A model generated the notes under the pieces. The model did no database searches and was not told where the DNA came from. It worked only from the letters and a program-made list of their open reading frames with translations. 64,000 nucleotides of DNA from the human T2T-CHM13v2.0 reference genome, Homo sapiens, in NCBI RefSeq assembly GCF_009914755.1, contig NC_060947.1. One strand, 5' to 3'. This document shows positions 60,312-64,000 of the stretch, piece after piece. Position 1 is the first letter of the stretch. Every line of letters starts with the position of its first letter. Position numbers and translations under genes: made by a program.

Positions 60312-60830
60312 GTATGTGAGTGTTTTTCCCCTACAGCTGCTGTAACCAATTACCACACATTTAGTGGATTATAACAACACAAATGTATTATCTTATAGTT
60401 CTGGAGCTCAGAAGTCCAAAATTAAGGTGCTGGCAAGACTGTGTTCCTTCTGGAGGCTCTTGGGTGAAATCCGTGGTCCCTTTCTGTATGTTCAAAGCCA
60501 GCTGCCTAGTGTCTTCCAATCTTTCTCTTTCTGTCCCTCCTCCTTCCCTCTTCTACGGACCCTGTGATTACATCAGGGTGCACCTGGACAACCCAGGCTC
60601 ATCTCCCCATCTCAGGATGTTTAACTTAATTATAAGCTTGCTGCAAAAGTAATTGCAGTTTTTGCCGTTAATATTAGGTTGGTGCCAAAGTAATCGTGGT
60701 TTTTGCCATTATTTTTGCACCAACCTAATACATCTGCAAAGTCATTTGTTTCCACATGAAATAACATATTGATGGGCTCCAGGGATTAGGATGTGGACAT
60801 CTCTGGGCACCTGTATGCAGCCTGTTACAC
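60312..60830 (-). mobile_element. MLT1 LTR interrupted by MADE1 sequence
   Basis: gctgctgtaaccaattaccacacatttagtgg...cttaatta|catctgcaaagtc. Confidence 0.75.
60632..60730. mobile_element. MADE1 (Hsmar1 MITE): a half copy plus an internally deleted copy
   Basis: ttaggttggtgc...gcaccaacctaa terminal inverted repeats with TA flanks. Confidence 0.8.
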
Positions 60831-60889
60831 TCAGTAAAGAAGTAAGGGAAAATGAGTGTCACGTAGGTATCTGACTATCTCAGCCACAG

Positions 60890-61704
60890 TGAAAGGGGAA
60901 AAGTTCCCTCATCTCCCTCACAGGACGTGCGATGGGGGTGTGGCTCACTCCTTCAGTGCCCCACTGCGCAAACCCCTCGGAGGTGCAGGCAGACCGGGAG
61001 GTTGTGGGGCTCCGACCCCTCCGCAGCATCTAGGGGTGAATGTTTATAGCTCCTGAAGCCCCAGTGGGCGTGTGTTACAGAGTGCTCTTTTAGTTTAGCC
61101 ACCCATAAGCGGCTTGTGTTACTCAGCTCAATTAGACCCCCTACCTTATCACAAAGATGGAGGGCTTTCTGTATCCCTGGTTTCTTGTCTTTGTGTACCG
61201 GAAGAATCAGATCACACATGGGCTTGGAGAATGAGTACAAGGTTTTATTGAGTGGAGGTAGCTCTCAGCAGATGGGGGAGCCAGAAGGGAGATGGTTTTC
61301 CCCTGGAGTTGCCGGCCGCTCAGCAATCCAGGCTTTCCTCTGACCTTCCCCGCCAAAATCCGTGTAGTTCTGCTGGTCAATGGCCCGCCGGCCCGCTGCC
61401 GTCCGCCGCTGCACTCTTCCGCTGGCGTGCTCCCCTCCAGGTCCGGCTGCTTGTGTCTTCTTCTGCTGATGTGTTCCTCTCAATGTCCAGGCACTTGTGT
61501 GTCTGCCTGCTAGGTCTCGAGGTTATTATAAGCACAGATTGGGGGCATAGCAGGCCAGAGTGGTCTTGGGAAATGCAACATTTGGGCAGGAAAACAGGAG
61601 TGCCTGTCCTCACTTAGGTCCGTGGGCACAGGCCCACAGGTGGAGCCCTAGCCAGGGACCACACCCTCCTCTACCCAGCACTTCCCTGCCCCCCTTCCAT
61701 ATGA
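60890..61704 (-). mobile_element. Solo ERV1 LTR (LTR1/LTR27/LTR28-like group; subfamily uncertain)
   Basis: Minus strand near its start reads GGGAAGTGCTGGGTAGAGGAGGGTGTGGTCCCTGGCTAGGGCTCCACC; internal AATAAA; 4-bp TSD acag/atag. Confidence 0.75.
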
Positions 61705-61827
61705 ATAGTGCTGTAAATGAAAAAGTAGATGACTGATTTTTATGTAGATTCATGGAGCTACAAGTACACTCAGCCTAGACCTATCTGTAATCTCTTTGTG
61801 CATACCAAATTTTATGGTAGATCTTAA

Positions 61828-62116
<289 letters not shown>

Positions 62117-62232
62117 TCATGTGAGCATTTTAATTGCCACTAAAAGATATGATGGGCTGTGATTTTGTTTCATGGTAAAGTGAGCCACACAGCAAAGTAC
62201 ATTTAAACACGCTGTAGCAAGATAGCTATTCA

Positions 62233-63235
<1,003 letters not shown>

Positions 63236-63689
63236 AATTACACTGCTTCTAAAAGTCATAATTTAAAAAGTCAAGCGATAGAAAATGCATTTGTTGATTT
63301 AATCATTTGTCTAGTTAATAAATCACACAATGTCTAGTGTATTGATGTAGATTGAACTCCACATGGGCCTAAATTGTGTTAATCCCACTTGCTGAATTCT
63401 TTACTCAGGCAGGGAGGTCAGAATGGGAACTCCTGGCTACACTCCACATCTCAGCAGGGAACAGCATGTGCCGTCTTGCCTGTCTGCTCCTGCAGATCAG
63501 TAGCAACCTGTCTGAAGTGCAAATAGAGAACCAGTCTGGGGATGTGTCTGGGCTAAGCAGAGAAAATCACTTCGAGAAATCACTGATGTCTGCCAAGGGC
63601 TGGGAGAAAGGAGGACACCGGGGCATTCAATTAGCACACCTGCCCTCATCAGTCCGAATGCTATTTCAGTGCAAACTTTTATTGCATTG

Positions 63690-64000
63690 TGTCTTAGTCC
63701 ATTTCACGCTGCTGATAAAGACATATCTGAGACTGGGAAGAAAAAGAGGTTTCATTGGACTTACAGTTCCATATTGCTGGAGAGGCCTCAGAATCATGGC
63801 AGGAGGTGAAAGGCACTTCTTACATGGCGACAGCAAGAGAAAATGAGGAAGATGCAAAAGCGGAAACCCCTCATAAAACCATCAGATCTCATGAGACCCA
63901 CCCACTACCATGAGAACAGTATGGGGGAAACCGCCCCCATGATTCAAATTATCTCCCACTGGGTCCCTCCCACAACACATGGGAATTACAAGAGTACAAT
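63690..64000 (-). mobile_element. THE1 (THE1C-like) MaLR LTR, truncated by the window edge
   Basis: tgtcttagtccatttcacgctgctgataaagacat...gggaagaaaaagaggttt...gatgcaaaagcggaaacccct. Confidence 0.88.

Noticed and set aside
63376-63846. 156-aa ORF near the right edge
   Set aside because: Non-ATG start, runs into the THE1 LTR, and has no domain or splice support.

Overview
This is human genomic DNA containing the whole MXRA5 (adlican) gene of Xp22.33 on the minus strand. Exon 1 lies in a CpG island (~46.82-46.96 kb). Six coding exons with GT-AG junctions join into an uninterrupted 8487-nt CDS (2828 aa; signal peptide, LRRs, 2 Ig, long Ser/Thr/Pro-rich region, 10 Ig). The poly(A) signal is at ~8.18 kb. 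The rest is Alu, L1, MLT1/THE1/ERV1 LTR, MER20, MER1A and MADE1 elements plus long simple repeats. I see no second gene, RNA gene or prokaryotic-type system. The most notable unexplained features are: (1) a 5' leader with a strong-context uORF and an upstream AUG that splices in frame with the main AUG (25-aa basic extension); (2) a locally amplified MER20-(TAGA)n composite unit, including a 4-copy tandem array in intron 6; (3) a ~280-bp inverted duplication in intron 2 nested between opposed Alus; (4) MLT1 dimers sharing one junction in inverted orientation; (5) a duplicated upstream element with an identical 27-bp TCF/LEF + E-box core. Repeat subfamily calls, repeat boundaries and identity estimates are by eye, and literature or reference comparisons are from memory.
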